Below are positions 46,801-62,240 of a stretch of DNA of 64,000 bases, one piece after another. The DNA comes from an uncultured Chloroflexia bacterium (GTDB lineage Bacteria > Chloroflexota > Anaerolineae > Anaerolineales > UBA4823). The stretch's first letter is position 1; every line of letters starts with the position of its first letter. The stretch lies in the NCBI GenBank assembly GCA_963714425.1, contig CAVQOI010000001.1, forward strand, positions 286,938-350,937. Reading direction: 5' to 3'. Under the pieces are notes generated by a model. The model was not told the origin of the DNA. It was given only the letters and a program-made list of their open reading frames with translations, and did not search any database. A program made the translations under genes and the position numbers.

Positions 46801-48972
46801 CTATCCTTCTATTTTTTCAGGGGCAGGAGGCTGCATTGCAGGAAGGTACAATCGCTCTGTGTAGTCGTTAACCATCCTTCGCATGCTGAATTGGGGCGCC
46901 AAGGTACGGATGGATTCTTTAATGCGGGCGATCCATTCGACCGGCAGCCCATCGGTAGCGCGGTCTGCATAATAAAGAGGAATGATTTCTTTCTCAAGGG
47001 TATCGTATAAGCTGCGTGCGTCCACCTCATCCTGGTAATCTGGGTTGTCGTAATCGACGTCTTCACCAATCACCCAGCCATTCTTGCCGTTGTAGCCTTC
47101 TGGCCACCAGCCATCCAGTACAGAAAAGTTTAAAACGCCATTGAGCGCGGCCTTTTGGCCGGATGTACCTGAAGCCTCATTTGGCCTGCGTGGTGTATTT
47201 AGCCAAACATCTACCCCTTGCACCAAGAAGCGTGCCAGGTTCATGTTGTATTCTTCCAGGAAGACCAATCGCCCACCAGCATCAGGGCGCTTAACAGCAC
47301 GATAGACCTCCTGGATGAGAAGCTTGCCTCCCTCATGATCGGGGTGCGATTTGCCGGCAAAGATAATCTGCAAGGGCTTGCCTGGGCGGTTGAGCAGGGC
47401 AATCAAGCGATTGATGTCTTTCAAGATCAGGCTGGCGCGTTTGTAGGGGGCAAAACGGCGGGCAAAGCCGATGGTCAACGCGTTCGGATCGAGGAGCGCG
47501 CCACCAGCCAATGCCTGCACAGGATGCGTCTTGCCCGTCAGCCAGCTATTGCGAGCGCAATCGGTTACGTAGTTGACCAGTTTGCGCTTGAGGTGGCGGC
47601 GAACTGCCCAAAGTTGGTCGTCAGGAATGATGTTTATCTGGTCCCAGAGATCCACTTCATCAATGTGATCCCGCCAATCTGGCCCTAGATAACGATCGAA
47701 GAGATGCCCCATGCGGCGCGCCAACCAGGTGCCGGTGTGGACACCGTTGGTGACATAGCTGATGGGGACATCCTCCTCCCGTCGCTCTGGCCAGATGAAC
47801 TGCCACATGCGCCGTGCTACTTTGCCGTGCAGCTCGGATACGGCATTAGAAGATGCAGAGAATTGAAGCGCCAGCATGGGCATGCTGAAAGCGTCGCCCC
47901 AAGCTAGTGTGTGTCGAGCCAGGTCGACAAACTGCTCGCGGGTCAGTCCCAGCTCAGGCCAGATGTGGGCAAAGTATTTATCCGTCAGCCAGAGTGGGAA
48001 CTCATCGTTACCCGCAGCTACAGGTGTGTGGGTTGTAAAGATATTTGATGCGCGCACCATCTCCCTGGCTTTCTCAAAGGGGTGCCCGGCAGCAACCAGC
48101 TCACGGATGCGCTCTAAGATCAAGAAGGCGGAATGGCCTTCATTCATGTGCCACACACTCGGGTTATAACCCAGCACCCTGAGGGCGCGCAACCCACCCA
48201 TCCCCAGCAAGATCTCTTGCGAGATGCGGGTCTCCGGGTTGGCGCTGTACAAGCGTGCAGAGAGAGCCCGGTCTCCGGGTGCATTTTCGGGTACATTGGT
48301 ATCCAGCAGGTATAAGGGCACTCGGCCGACACGGATTTCCCAGATAAGAGCGGTCACCTCGCGGCCAGGCAACTCAACCGTGACGGTGTAGGGCCGGTTG
48401 TTATCCCCAAGAACGGGCATGATAGGGAGGTCTTCGAGATCTCTGTGAAGGTAACTGGCTTCCTGCCAACCATCATCTGTGATGCGTTGGCTGAAATAAC
48501 CTTCGGCATAGAAGAGACCGACTGCAATGAATGGCAGGCCCATGTCGCTGGCTTCCTTGACATGATCGCCAGACAGGACACCCAATCCTCCAGCGTAGAT
48601 CGGAAAAATCTCGTGTACGCCGAACTCCATTGAGAAGTAAGCGATAGGGTTATTGCGCTGGTCGGAATGGGTGCGGGAGAACCAGGTATCGACCGGTGAC
48701 ATGTACTGGTCGAAGGCGCTAAAAATCCGGTCGTAAAAATCGAGATATGCCCGGTTGTTCGTTACTGCGTTGAGCTTGGATCGCTCCACACGTCTAAGGA
48801 AGAGCACCGGGTTATGGCTAAGCTGATCCCAAAGCTCTTTATCGATCCCGGAGTATAGTCGCTGAGAATCGGGATTCCAAGACCACCACATGTTATAAGC
48901 CAGCTCTCCCAACCGGCTTATGCGGCGTGGAAGGCTGAACTGGTTGGGGATTAATGTGCGAAATGATTCCAT
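46801..48972 (-). CDS. glgP: alpha-glucan family phosphorylase (GT35)
   Basis: About 720 aa. It has YFSMEFG, SGDH, TNGVHTGTW and the PLP-site region FAGKSHP. ATG 48972 immediately follows an in-frame TTG at 48975. Confidence 0.92.
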   Translation of the reverse strand: MESFRTLIPNQFSLPRRISRLGELAYNMWWSWNPDSQRLYSGIDKELWDQLSHNPVLFLRRVERSKLNAVTNNRAYLDFYDRIFSAFDQYMSPVDTWFSRTHSDQRNNPIAYFSMEFGVHEIFPIYAGGLGVLSGDHVKEASDMGLPFIAVGLFYAEGYFSQRITDDGWQEASYLHRDLEDLPIMPVLGDNNRPYTVTVELPGREVTALIWEIRVGRVPLYLLDTNVPENAPGDRALSARLYSANPETRISQEILLGMGGLRALRVLGYNPSVWHMNEGHSAFLILERIRELVAAGHPFEKAREMVRASNIFTTHTPVAAGNDEFPLWLTDKYFAHIWPELGLTREQFVDLARHTLAWGDAFSMPMLALQFSASSNAVSELHGKVARRMWQFIWPERREEDVPISYVTNGVHTGTWLARRMGHLFDRYLGPDWRDHIDEVDLWDQINIIPDDQLWAVRRHLKRKLVNYVTDCARNSWLTGKTHPVQALAGGALLDPNALTIGFARRFAPYKRASLILKDINRLIALLNRPGKPLQIIFAGKSHPDHEGGKLLIQEVYRAVKRPDAGGRLVFLEEYNMNLARFLVQGVDVWLNTPRRPNEASGTSGQKAALNGVLNFSVLDGWWPEGYNGKNGWVIGEDVDYDNPDYQDEVDARSLYDTLEKEIIPLYYADRATDGLPVEWIARIKESIRTLAPQFSMRRMVNDYTERLYLPAMQPPAPEKIEG

Positions 48973-49039
48973 CAAAATGTCAAGCTCCTCTCAGAGCTGA
49001 ATAAATGCGCCTAATCTTACCACATCTAAATAAAGAGAG

Positions 49040-49080
49040 ATTGGGGCTGTGCGCGTAATTCACACACGCACAGCCCCAAT
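49040..49080 (-). terminator. intrinsic terminator after infA
   Basis: ATTGGGGCTGTGCG (49040-49053) pairs with CGCACAGCCCCAAT (49067-49080). On the minus strand it is followed by CTCTCTTTATTT. Confidence 0.75.
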
Positions 49081-49161
49081 GCCATCGGAAATAATGTTCG
49101 ATGAAACCGGAGATTATATTCGAACTTGAAAAGCGAGGTTCAATCCCGAGCTTGATGTCTT

Positions 49162-49422
49162 CTAGCCTTCTTGTTCTTCTCCAACAGGCGTCTCTACCAT
49201 CTTGCGGTAGCGGAAGACGATACGCCCACGGGTCAAATCGTAAGGGGATATCTCAACTCGGACACGGTCACCCAGTAAAATGCGAATATAGTATTTGCGC
49301 ATTTTGCCAGACAGGTATGCAAGTACCTCGTGCCCATTATCCAGACGAACCTTAAATTGGGTCGCCGGCAAAGCCTCGATAACAACGCCTTCGACCTGTA
49401 TCTTATCTTCATCTTTAGCCAT
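49162..49422 (-). CDS. infA: translation initiation factor IF-1 with short acidic C-terminal extension
   Basis: The S1-like core [66 protein letters not shown] is followed by [13 protein letters not shown]. Confidence 0.95.
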   Translation of the reverse strand: MAKDEDKIQVEGVVIEALPATQFKVRLDNGHEVLAYLSGKMRKYYIRILLGDRVRVEISPYDLTRGRIVFRYRKMVETPVGEEQEG

Positions 49423-49444
49423 TTACACCTCCGGTTAGTGGTTC

Positions 49445-49642
49445 CTACTCAGAATCAACCGCCTGGCGGCGGCGAATACGGCGCATCGACTTTTTCTTTT
49501 GAATGCGACGCAGCTCGCTCTTGGAGACAAACCAGCGCTTGCGCCGTACGGTGCTCAAGATGCCGCTTTTTGCCACTTTCTTGCGAAAGCGCTTGAATAA
49601 CTGATCTTGCAACTCATTGGGTCTTAAGTTGACATTAGCCAA
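49445..49642 (-). CDS. rpsU: 30S ribosomal protein S21
   Basis: ORF 49445..49651. TTG 49642 lies 7 nt after AAGGAGG and gives MANVNLRPNELQDQLFKRFRKKV..., a typical S21 N-terminus. Confidence 0.9.
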   Translation of the reverse strand: MANVNLRPNELQDQLFKRFRKKVAKSGILSTVRRKRWFVSKSELRRIQKKKSMRRIRRRQAVDSE

Positions 49643-49695
49643 ACTTTTCACCTCCTTTCCAGGCGTTGGATATTGTTGATCAACGGGATTTAATC

Positions 49696-49870
49696 AAAAA
49701 ACCCGGCAGCTTTCATAGACACAGCCGGGCCAGACTTACATGAAAGTAGCGAATAATCACTCAGAACGCGATATGCTCTCTCCTATTGCCTGGTTGCAAA
49801 CTGCACGCTAAAACGTACATTCCCATGAAAGTTGCATGAATATTATAACAGCAAGAAAATTAATTGTCAA
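49696..49870 (-). promoter_or_regulatory. consensus sigma-70-type promoter plus ~190-nt leader with a U-tract hairpin upstream of rpsU-infA
   Basis: On the minus strand: TTGACA (49870-49865), a 17-nt spacer and TATAAT (49847-49842). Then a hairpin CCCGGC/GCCGGG (49729-49724 / 49707-49702) followed by U6 (49701-49696). Confidence 0.55.
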
Positions 49871-49885
49871 TTAATAGAAAAAGTC

Positions 49886-50003
49886 CCTTGGCAATGACCT
49901 ACTCTCCCAGGGGGTCGCCCCCCAAGTACCATCGGCGCTGACGGGCTTAACGACCGGGTTCGGAATGTGGCCGGGTGTACCACCGTCGCTCCAATCACCA
50001 AGA
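49886..50003 (-). rRNA. rrf: 5S ribosomal RNA
   Basis: The reverse complement reads TCTTGGTGATTGGAGCGACGGTGG...CCGAACCCGG...GCGCCGATGGTACT...GAGAGTAGGTCATTGCCAAGGG, with the terminal helix closing. Confidence 0.9.
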
Positions 50004-50152
50004 GACAATTTCACAGTATTTTGTTTTGAATAAGCGCAGTGCAGTTAGACGAGTAGGGGATTCAATCCTTCGTTATAACGAATAGCGATTGACCACGCTC
50101 GTCTTTGCTCTTTCCTTTCGCATTTAGAAAAGTTTCGAGTTCTCCGCACCAC

Positions 50153-53127
<2,975 letters not shown>

Positions 53128-53359
53128 TCGTGATGCGGAGAAATCGAAACTTTTCTAGGCGCTTCTCAAAATTACTAAGAAGTCACCTTTCTTAATTATG
53201 CGCTTATTCAATTATTAAGGTACAGAACTATCGAGAGACAAAGCGACCCGGCAAACCGCCGGGTCACTTATCCCTTGCGATTTTACCTGGAAATTTGATT
53301 AAGTCTCGAAAAAATCTACCAAACTCAATCCTTTTGCTTTGTCTGGCCTCGTAGCCAGG

Positions 53360-53432
53360 TGGAGATGAGGGGACTCGAACCCCTGACTTCCGCCTTGCAA
53401 AGGCGGCGCTCTCCCAGCTGAGCTACATCCCC
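53360..53432 (-). tRNA. tRNA-Ala (anticodon TGC)
   Basis: The reverse complement is GGGGATGTAGCTCAGCTGGGAGAGCGCCGCCTTTGCAAGGCGGAAGTCAGGGGTTCGAGTCCCCTCATCTCCA. It folds as a cloverleaf with a G3:U70-type acceptor. Confidence 0.97.
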
Positions 53433-53445
53433 GTTTACCGAGGAG

Positions 53446-53519
<74 letters not shown>

Positions 53520-53658
53520 AGCTGACCGGGCCCTTAGCAACTGAGAAGTGATAGAAAACGGTCTGCTTTCAGGTGTCTCAACACCGCTGAAGAGACATGT
53601 TGTGAGTGGAGCCTCCTACCGCGCCACAAGGGCGCCAGAGGGAAGCTCAGTACTCGTA

Positions 53659-55167
<1,509 letters not shown>

Positions 55168-55472
55168 AACTTTATACGCACAGAGTGCGTTTGGTTACGG
55201 ATGTTCCTGAAAAGACAGGTTGTCGCTTTCTATCACTTTTCAGTTGTTAAGGTCCAGTCAATCAAGCGGGCTGGATTGTACCAGCCTCACTTGTGCCTGT
55301 CAAGGCTGAAACGATTGTTACACAGACGCAATCGCCGATGCCTAAACTCTCTGACATCGGCCCGTCAGACCATCAAGTTTTTAACTCAGGTCTCTGACGC
55401 AGGGGCGTCCTATTCAGTTGTTACCGGTCTGCCCACTTGGGCTAAACCTCAACTTGTAACTTCGCGTATTCT

Positions 55473-55513
55473 ATTATACCCGACCTGACAATTCTGTCAA
55501 GATATGATATTAT
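55473..55513. promoter_or_regulatory. overlapping back-to-back promoters for the rRNA operon (minus) and rnpB (plus)
   Basis: Minus strand: TTGACA (55500-55495), a 16-nt spacer, TATAAT (55478-55473). Plus strand: CTGACA (55485-55490), a 17-nt spacer, TATTAT (55508-55513). The two -35 boxes form the palindrome TGACA-ATTC-TGTCA. Confidence 0.6.
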
Positions 55514-55517
55514 CCGA

Positions 55518-55898
55518 CATGTCCAGGTCGGTCGGGCGATCGCGTTTTCCCCCTATGGGAGATCGAGGAAAGTCCGCACTCCAAAGAGCACGGCGCCGGG
55601 TAACACCCGGAGCGGGGTAACCTGCTGGATCGGGCTACAGAGATATACCGCCAGTAATGGTAAGGGTGAAAAGGTGGTGTAAGAGACCACCGGCGCACGC
55701 AGTAATGCGGGCGGCCAGGCAACCCCCGCCGGGAGCAAGGCCAAGCAGGAACGAATGAAACGGCTCGTTTCTCCACCCAAAAGGGTGTAAGTTCCGGGTA
55801 GGCTGCTAGAGCTGCGCTGAGAAGTGCAGACCAGAGAGATGATCGCCGAGGCGTTAACTCGCCCCACAGAATGCGGCTTACAGACCGGCCTGGAAACA
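55518..55898 (+). ncRNA. rnpB: RNase P RNA, bacterial type A
   Basis: GAGGAAAGTCCG at 55565-55576 and ACAGAATGCGGCTTACAG near 55866-55883. P1 pairs TCCAGGTCGGTC (55522-55533) with GACCGGCCTGGA (55883-55894). Confidence 0.9.
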
Positions 55899-55946
55899 CC
55901 CCCCTCAGTCCAGTTTTCCAATATTCAGGATTGTAATTCCGTCGAA

Positions 55947-56399
55947 TTACCGTGCATACCTGCCCATGAGCTGTGCCTGCTGAAGGATGTGATCCCGCAT
56001 GGCGCCCTCTAGATCAACTTTCGTAGCTCCTGGGTGGAGTCTTAGCAATTGATCCAGCGCGTAAAGTTTGAAGAAATATCGGTGTGCTGGACCGCGAGGA
56101 GGACACGGGCCATTGTAGCCCAGCTTGCGGAAGCTGTTGGCGCCAAGCATTCCGACACCCTGCACACCTTCCCGCAACTCGCTAAAGGCAGGCGGGATAT
56201 CGAAGAGAACCCAATGGATGAAATCCCCCGAAGGAGCATCCGGATCGTTCATGATCAAAGCCAGGCTGCGCGTGCTTTGGGGAGCGCCTTGCCAGGAGAG
56301 ATGGGGTGAGATGTTATCGCCGTCGCAGGTGTGCTTGCGAGGGATCGTACCTCCCTCGTTAAATGCGGGGCTGCTAAGTTCCATCTGGTTCGCTTTCAC
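55947..56399 (-). CDS. YbhB/YbcL (PEBP / Raf-kinase-inhibitor-like) family protein
   Basis: Motifs ...DNISPHLSW...LIMNDPDAP...FIHWVLFDIP...GYNGPCPP...HRYFFKLYALD. The start is uncertain: GTG 56399 overlaps the upstream stop, or ATG 56384. Confidence 0.85.
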   Translation of the reverse strand: MKANQMELSSPAFNEGGTIPRKHTCDGDNISPHLSWQGAPQSTRSLALIMNDPDAPSGDFIHWVLFDIPPAFSELREGVQGVGMLGANSFRKLGYNGPCPPRGPAHRYFFKLYALDQLLRLHPGATKVDLEGAMRDHILQQAQLMGRYAR

Positions 56400-57031
56400 A
56401 CGCCAATCAAGATTGCTCGGGCAGGGGCGCCATCACAGCCAGCCAGCTTGAGCGGCAGGCAATGCAATGTATACCGTCCTTGTGTAACACTGGAGAGGTC
56501 CAGACCTTCAAGAACGATCACGCCGGCCTTGAGCAGAATCTGGTGAGTGGGTGTGCCATCAGCATAGGGAGCAACCGAAAGGTAATCCACACCAACCAGC
56601 TTGATGCCGCGCTCAACCAGGTGTTGTGCGCCGTCGGCGCTCAGGGCGACAAATTCTTTCTGGAATTGCGAGGATGGTTTATCCCAATATGAGGAGTTGC
56701 GCGTTTTGAAAAGCAGGCGCCGGGTGCGCGGCGGAATTTCAGTTGTCTCCAGGACACGGGCGGTGATAAGATCCTCATCGGCGATTTCCACGACATACGC
56801 CCGGCCAGTGAGCAGTTTCAATGGCAGCCGGTCCACCGACATGGCATTGCCTCCCAGGAAATGATAAGGGGCATCCACGTGTGTTCCTGTATGAGCGCTC
56901 ATGTGCAGGTAGGTTACATTCGCATGCGCGCCATCTTCCATCTTCTGCACTCGGTCCAGTTCGACCGGAGGATCACCTGGCCAGACTGCCATGCCTGGCG
57001 AGATGGGCAAAGAAATATCATAAATGTGCAT
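56396..57031 (-). CDS. cyclase family protein (kynurenine formamidase-like)
   Basis: The HTGTHVDAPYHF metal-binding motif, in a 211-aa protein. Confidence 0.85.
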   Translation of the reverse strand: MHIYDISLPISPGMAVWPGDPPVELDRVQKMEDGAHANVTYLHMSAHTGTHVDAPYHFLGGNAMSVDRLPLKLLTGRAYVVEIADEDLITARVLETTEIPPRTRRLLFKTRNSSYWDKPSSQFQKEFVALSADGAQHLVERGIKLVGVDYLSVAPYADGTPTHQILLKAGVIVLEGLDLSSVTQGRYTLHCLPLKLAGCDGAPARAILIGV

Positions 57032-57163
57032 GCGCCCTCATTCCTGATGTGAGTATTAATTAGTATAGCCCAGCCCATACCAAAAAGCAACGTATTGAGG
57101 GACCCTTTTTATGGTAAACTCAATGCGGTGCTCACTAGGGCACAACCAGGAGTGGAAACTGGC

Positions 57164-57538
57164 ATGACTCGCTCGCGCACTGAACTGATGGTGAGCCGTC
57201 TGCGTGAAATGCAGGCAGCCTCACCGGAGATCGAAGCCTCTGCTGTAGTCTCTGTCGACGGATTGATCATGGCGTCTGCCCTCCCAGCCGAAGCTGAAGA
57301 AGACCGGGTGTCAGCCATGTCAGCAGCTATGCTAAGCTTAGGAGAGCGCATCGCTGGTGAGTTGGGACGCGGCGCTCTAGATCAGGTATATATCCGCGGT
57401 TCGAGTGGTTACGTGATACTGACAGCGGTTGGAGAAGAAGCTGTGCTGACTGCCCTGGCACGCGAAGGAGCCAAGCTCGGCCTTGTGTTCCTTGAGATGC
57501 GCCGCGCTGCTCAAGATTTGTTCAGGTTAGTGGGATGA
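57164..57538 (+). CDS. Roadblock/LC7 (MglB-like) domain protein
   Basis: ATG 57164 follows AGGAG. It has ...IEASAVVSVDGLIMASALP...VSAMSAAMLSLGERIA...GYVILTAVGEEAVLTAL. Confidence 0.75.
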   Translation: MTRSRTELMVSRLREMQAASPEIEASAVVSVDGLIMASALPAEAEEDRVSAMSAAMLSLGERIAGELGRGALDQVYIRGSSGYVILTAVGEEAVLTALAREGAKLGLVFLEMRRAAQDLFRLVG

Positions 57539-57574
57539 GACCAAGAAAGCCAAACATAAATTCCAGACAACCCT

Positions 57575-57617
57575 GTGGGGAGGTCGCCGGTAAACGGCCC
57601 TCCCCACTTCCTTTTTT
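57575..57617 (+). terminator. intrinsic terminator after the Roadblock gene
   Basis: GTGGGGAGG (57575-57583) pairs with CCTCCCCAC (57599-57607), followed by TTCCTTTTTT. Confidence 0.8.
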
Positions 57618-57675
57618 ACCAGACCCTGGTGTGTGGCACTGATGTTTATGTAGATTTTTCTTATCGGAGGAAATT

Positions 57676-59343
57676 ATGTCAACCAAGTACATATTTTTCA
57701 CAGGAGGTGTGGTTAGCTCGGTAGGCAAAGGCGTGACAGCTGCGGCAATTGGCCGGCTGCTAAAGGAGCGCGGGTTCAGTGTCGCTGTTCAAAAGCTGGA
57801 TCCGTATATTAATGTCGATCCGGGCACGATGAGCCCATACCAGCATGGCGAGGTGTTCGTCCTGGATGATGGAGCGGAGACCGACCTGGATCTGGGGCAT
57901 TATGAGAGATTTATCGATATCAGCCTGAAGAAGGTTTGTAACGTCACCACAGGGCAAGTTTACGCTGAGGTGATCGGTAAAGAACGCCGAGGCGACTTCC
58001 TGGGTGGCACCATCCAGGTCATCCCGCACATAACGAATGAGATCAAGCGGCGGATTGGACTGGTAGCCAAGACAACCGGAGCAGAGATCGTGCTGGTTGA
58101 GATAGGTGGCACGGTAGGAGATATCGAATCTCTGCCATTTCTGGAAGCATTGCGCCAAATGCGCAACGATCTTGGCCGCGAAAATACGCTATTTGTCCAT
58201 GTGACCTGGCTACCGCATATTGGAGCCACAGGTGAGCTGAAGACAAAACCCACGCAGCATTCCGTTCGTGAGCTGCGCTCCATCGGTATCTCTCCTGACG
58301 TGATTGTGCCTCGCTCAGATTTCCCGGTGGGTGATGACCTGTGCGAGAAGATTGCCCAGTTCTGCGATGTCAGCCGCCAGGCAGTGTATCCCCTCGTGAC
58401 GACGGATGTGCTCTATGATGTCCCATTATTGTTGGATCGTCTCGGTGCGGGCGATTTCCTGCTCCAGAGATTGGGATTGCAAGCTCGCAGTCAGCCTGAT
58501 TGGGGAGAATGGGAGCGATTAACGAGCGAGGTGCGCCGTACAAAGCCGACTGTGCGCGTGGCGATTGTGGGCAAATACGTGGAACTGCATGATGCCTATA
58601 TGAGCGTGCGAGAGGCGCTCAAGCATGCGGCACTTGCGAGCGGCATCGAGGTCGAGATTTCCTGGGTGCATTCGGCGGAGTTGGAGAAAGGCCGCGGTTG
58701 GGAACTCCTGCGCGCGACGGATGGCGTCATTGTTCCCGGTGGTTTTGGCAGTCGTGGTACAGAAGGCAAGATCCAAGCAGCGCGCTTCGCTCGCGAGGAA
58801 AAAGTGCCTTACCTGGGTTTATGTTTGGGGATGCAGCTAATGGTGGTGGAGTTTGCAAGGCACGTCTTGGGGACTGATGAAGTTAACTCGTCTGAGTTCG
58901 ATCGCTCCACACCATATCCTGTGATAGATCTTATGCCCGATCAGAAAAGCATCTCCGACATGGGCGGCACCATGCGCCTTGGACTGTATCCATGCAACTT
59001 GCAACCTGGGACCATCGCTGCCAGAGCCTACCAGAAAAAGGTCGTCAACGAACGACACCGCCATCGTTTTGAGTTTAACAATGCTTACCGGGGACCTCTG
59101 GAGAAAGCTGGCATGCGCTATTCCGGATTGTCGCCGGATGGTCGTCTGGTAGAGATCGCTGAGTTGAGCGACCACCCGTTTATGCTTGGTACACAGTTCC
59201 ACCCTGAGTTTCTCTCCCGACCCAACCGGCCTCACCCCCTTTTCGTTTCCTTTGTTAACGCTGTACGCGAACGCGCTGGAATCGGAAGCAAGGAGATGGA
59301 GCTGGATCTGGAAAAGGTGAAGGGTGGTAAGTTGAAAGTCTAA
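57676..59343 (+). CDS. pyrG: CTP synthase
   Basis: N-terminus [19 protein letters not shown], and a glutamine amidotransferase domain with GLCLGMQ and HRHRFE. Confidence 0.97.
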   Translation: MSTKYIFFTGGVVSSVGKGVTAAAIGRLLKERGFSVAVQKLDPYINVDPGTMSPYQHGEVFVLDDGAETDLDLGHYERFIDISLKKVCNVTTGQVYAEVIGKERRGDFLGGTIQVIPHITNEIKRRIGLVAKTTGAEIVLVEIGGTVGDIESLPFLEALRQMRNDLGRENTLFVHVTWLPHIGATGELKTKPTQHSVRELRSIGISPDVIVPRSDFPVGDDLCEKIAQFCDVSRQAVYPLVTTDVLYDVPLLLDRLGAGDFLLQRLGLQARSQPDWGEWERLTSEVRRTKPTVRVAIVGKYVELHDAYMSVREALKHAALASGIEVEISWVHSAELEKGRGWELLRATDGVIVPGGFGSRGTEGKIQAARFAREEKVPYLGLCLGMQLMVVEFARHVLGTDEVNSSEFDRSTPYPVIDLMPDQKSISDMGGTMRLGLYPCNLQPGTIAARAYQKKVVNERHRHRFEFNNAYRGPLEKAGMRYSGLSPDGRLVEIAELSDHPFMLGTQFHPEFLSRPNRPHPLFVSFVNAVRERAGIGSKEMELDLEKVKGGKLKV

Positions 59344-59375
59344 TACTTATAAAGAAACACGCCGCCGATCAAGCC

Positions 59376-60062
59376 CTAGAATCCAGGGGGGTGGTGGGAG
59401 TAGACTCCGCGTTGTTTTGGGGGTAACAAGCCTGCTAAGGAGAACATCATGCGGTCGGTGAGCGCCAGGGCCGTCTCGCCAGGTTGTGGGAAGAGGGCTG
59501 TACCAATAGTAATTCGGACTCGTGTGCGGCGGGGGAAGCGGTGGAACATGCGCTGAGTGCCGTCTACGGCTAAGGGAACAATCGGGCAATCTGCAGCGAG
59601 AGCCAGCCGTGCGGCTCCAGTCTTGGCAGGGCGCAGCCCTAAGCCTTTGTTGCGTTTGCCTTCTGGGAAGATCCCCAGGACCTTTCCGTGCTGCAACAAG
59701 CTCACAGCATGCTCGATTGCCCACTCATCCCGGGAGCCGCGTTCGACGGGAAAGCTCCCCATCGGGCGCAGCAAGGCATCCATCACGGGATTGCGATGCA
59801 GCTCCACCTTGGCCATGAAGAAGATTGGCCGTGATATGGCGAACTGCATCGGGAACACGTCGAAATTGGTCATGTGGTTGGCAACCAGCACGACCGGACC
59901 AGAATCGGGAAGTTTATCTACACCACTGGATTGCATTACTGCGATCCCGCGGAAGAGAGAGCGGGCGAGCCAAACCATCATGCGACGGTAAAGCGTCTCG
60001 TGGTAGTAATATGTGCGCTGCTGGTGTAGACCACCAGCAGCAGGCGGGGTATCATCGAGCAT
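59376..60062 (-). CDS. plsC: lysophospholipid (1-acyl-sn-glycerol-3-phosphate) acyltransferase
   Basis: HX4D motif in ANHMTNFD, plus the FPEGKR block. Confidence 0.85.
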   Translation of the reverse strand: MLDDTPPAAGGLHQQRTYYYHETLYRRMMVWLARSLFRGIAVMQSSGVDKLPDSGPVVLVANHMTNFDVFPMQFAISRPIFFMAKVELHRNPVMDALLRPMGSFPVERGSRDEWAIEHAVSLLQHGKVLGIFPEGKRNKGLGLRPAKTGAARLALAADCPIVPLAVDGTQRMFHRFPRRTRVRITIGTALFPQPGETALALTDRMMFSLAGLLPPKQRGVYSHHPPGF

Positions 60063-60172
60063 GGAATTGGATTATACTTGCATTTTGGTAAATCCCTTGA
60101 TTGACCACCCGAATTGGGAGCATGCCGACCGTAATTCTGAATAATCGTAATAAATATCTGCAAGAGAGGTGA

Positions 60173-61465
<1,293 letters not shown>

Positions 61466-61515
61466 ACCAGCGCCCTCACCTCCTTCTAGAAAGAGAGGAG
61501 AGGGAAAAGCGGGCA

Positions 61516-61560
61516 AAATCAGAGAAGCGCGAGCACTATCTGCTCGCGCTTCTCTGATTT
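61516..61560. terminator. 20-bp hairpin between convergent eno and the zinc-ribbon gene
   Basis: AAATCAGAGAAGCGCGAGCA (61516-61535), loop CTATC, then TGCTCGCGCTTCTCTGATTT (61541-61560), followed by T. Confidence 0.85.
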
Positions 61561-61575
61561 TGCATGGTATCCGTT

Positions 61576-62088
61576 CTATTCAGAAGCGGGTTCTTCATCG
61601 ATAGGGAGGGGGCGCAGGGCATCGTCCAGGGTCATGCCTTCTCGGCGCATTCCGGGGGCTGGGGTGCCGCAGTACGGGCAAAGGTTCCAAGCCAGCTCCA
61701 TCAATTTGCCACACTGGTGGCAATTCTTCTTGAGTTTGGTGTGGCAACCAGGACACACCATCCAGTTATCCTTGATGCGCCTGCCGCAGCCCGGACACAG
61801 CGAGGCATCTTCAATGGAGTGCAATAACGCTTCCTCTTCCAGAGACTGCTGGTATTCCTCCTCCAGGGTGCGTGACGGGCGCAGGATTAGGTAGATGACG
61901 ATGCCAGGAATGAAGAGCATCGCCACAACCAGCACTGCCAGGATGCGCGCCAGCGGATCACGAGCTCGCACCCGGATGTCACGGTAAGTCCAGATTACCA
62001 GGCTTAGCCATAAGGCAGCCAGAAAGGCTCCGCCCCAGGCGGTGAGAATGAGGATGATATTGCTGAAGGCAGTTGGATCAAAGGTCAT
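61576..62088 (-). CDS. membrane protein with PLD-N-like two-TM N-terminus and double zinc-ribbon C-terminus
   Basis: Two TM helices, then CPGCGRRI...CPGCHTKL...CHQCGKLM...CPYCG. Confidence 0.7.
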   Translation of the reverse strand: MTFDPTAFSNIILILTAWGGAFLAALWLSLVIWTYRDIRVRARDPLARILAVLVVAMLFIPGIVIYLILRPSRTLEEEYQQSLEEEALLHSIEDASLCPGCGRRIKDNWMVCPGCHTKLKKNCHQCGKLMELAWNLCPYCGTPAPGMRREGMTLDDALRPLPIDEEPASE

Positions 62089-62240
62089 GGCAGACTCCCT
62101 GCAGGGGAATTATAGCATTATTAGGACAAGGGAGAGTAGAGAGTAGTGAATCGAGAATTGTGTAAGGAGGCGAGCTGAATTTCCGGAGTAAAATAGCTCA
62201 ATTGCTATAAAGCCTCAATTTCCGACTCTGGGTTCTCTGT

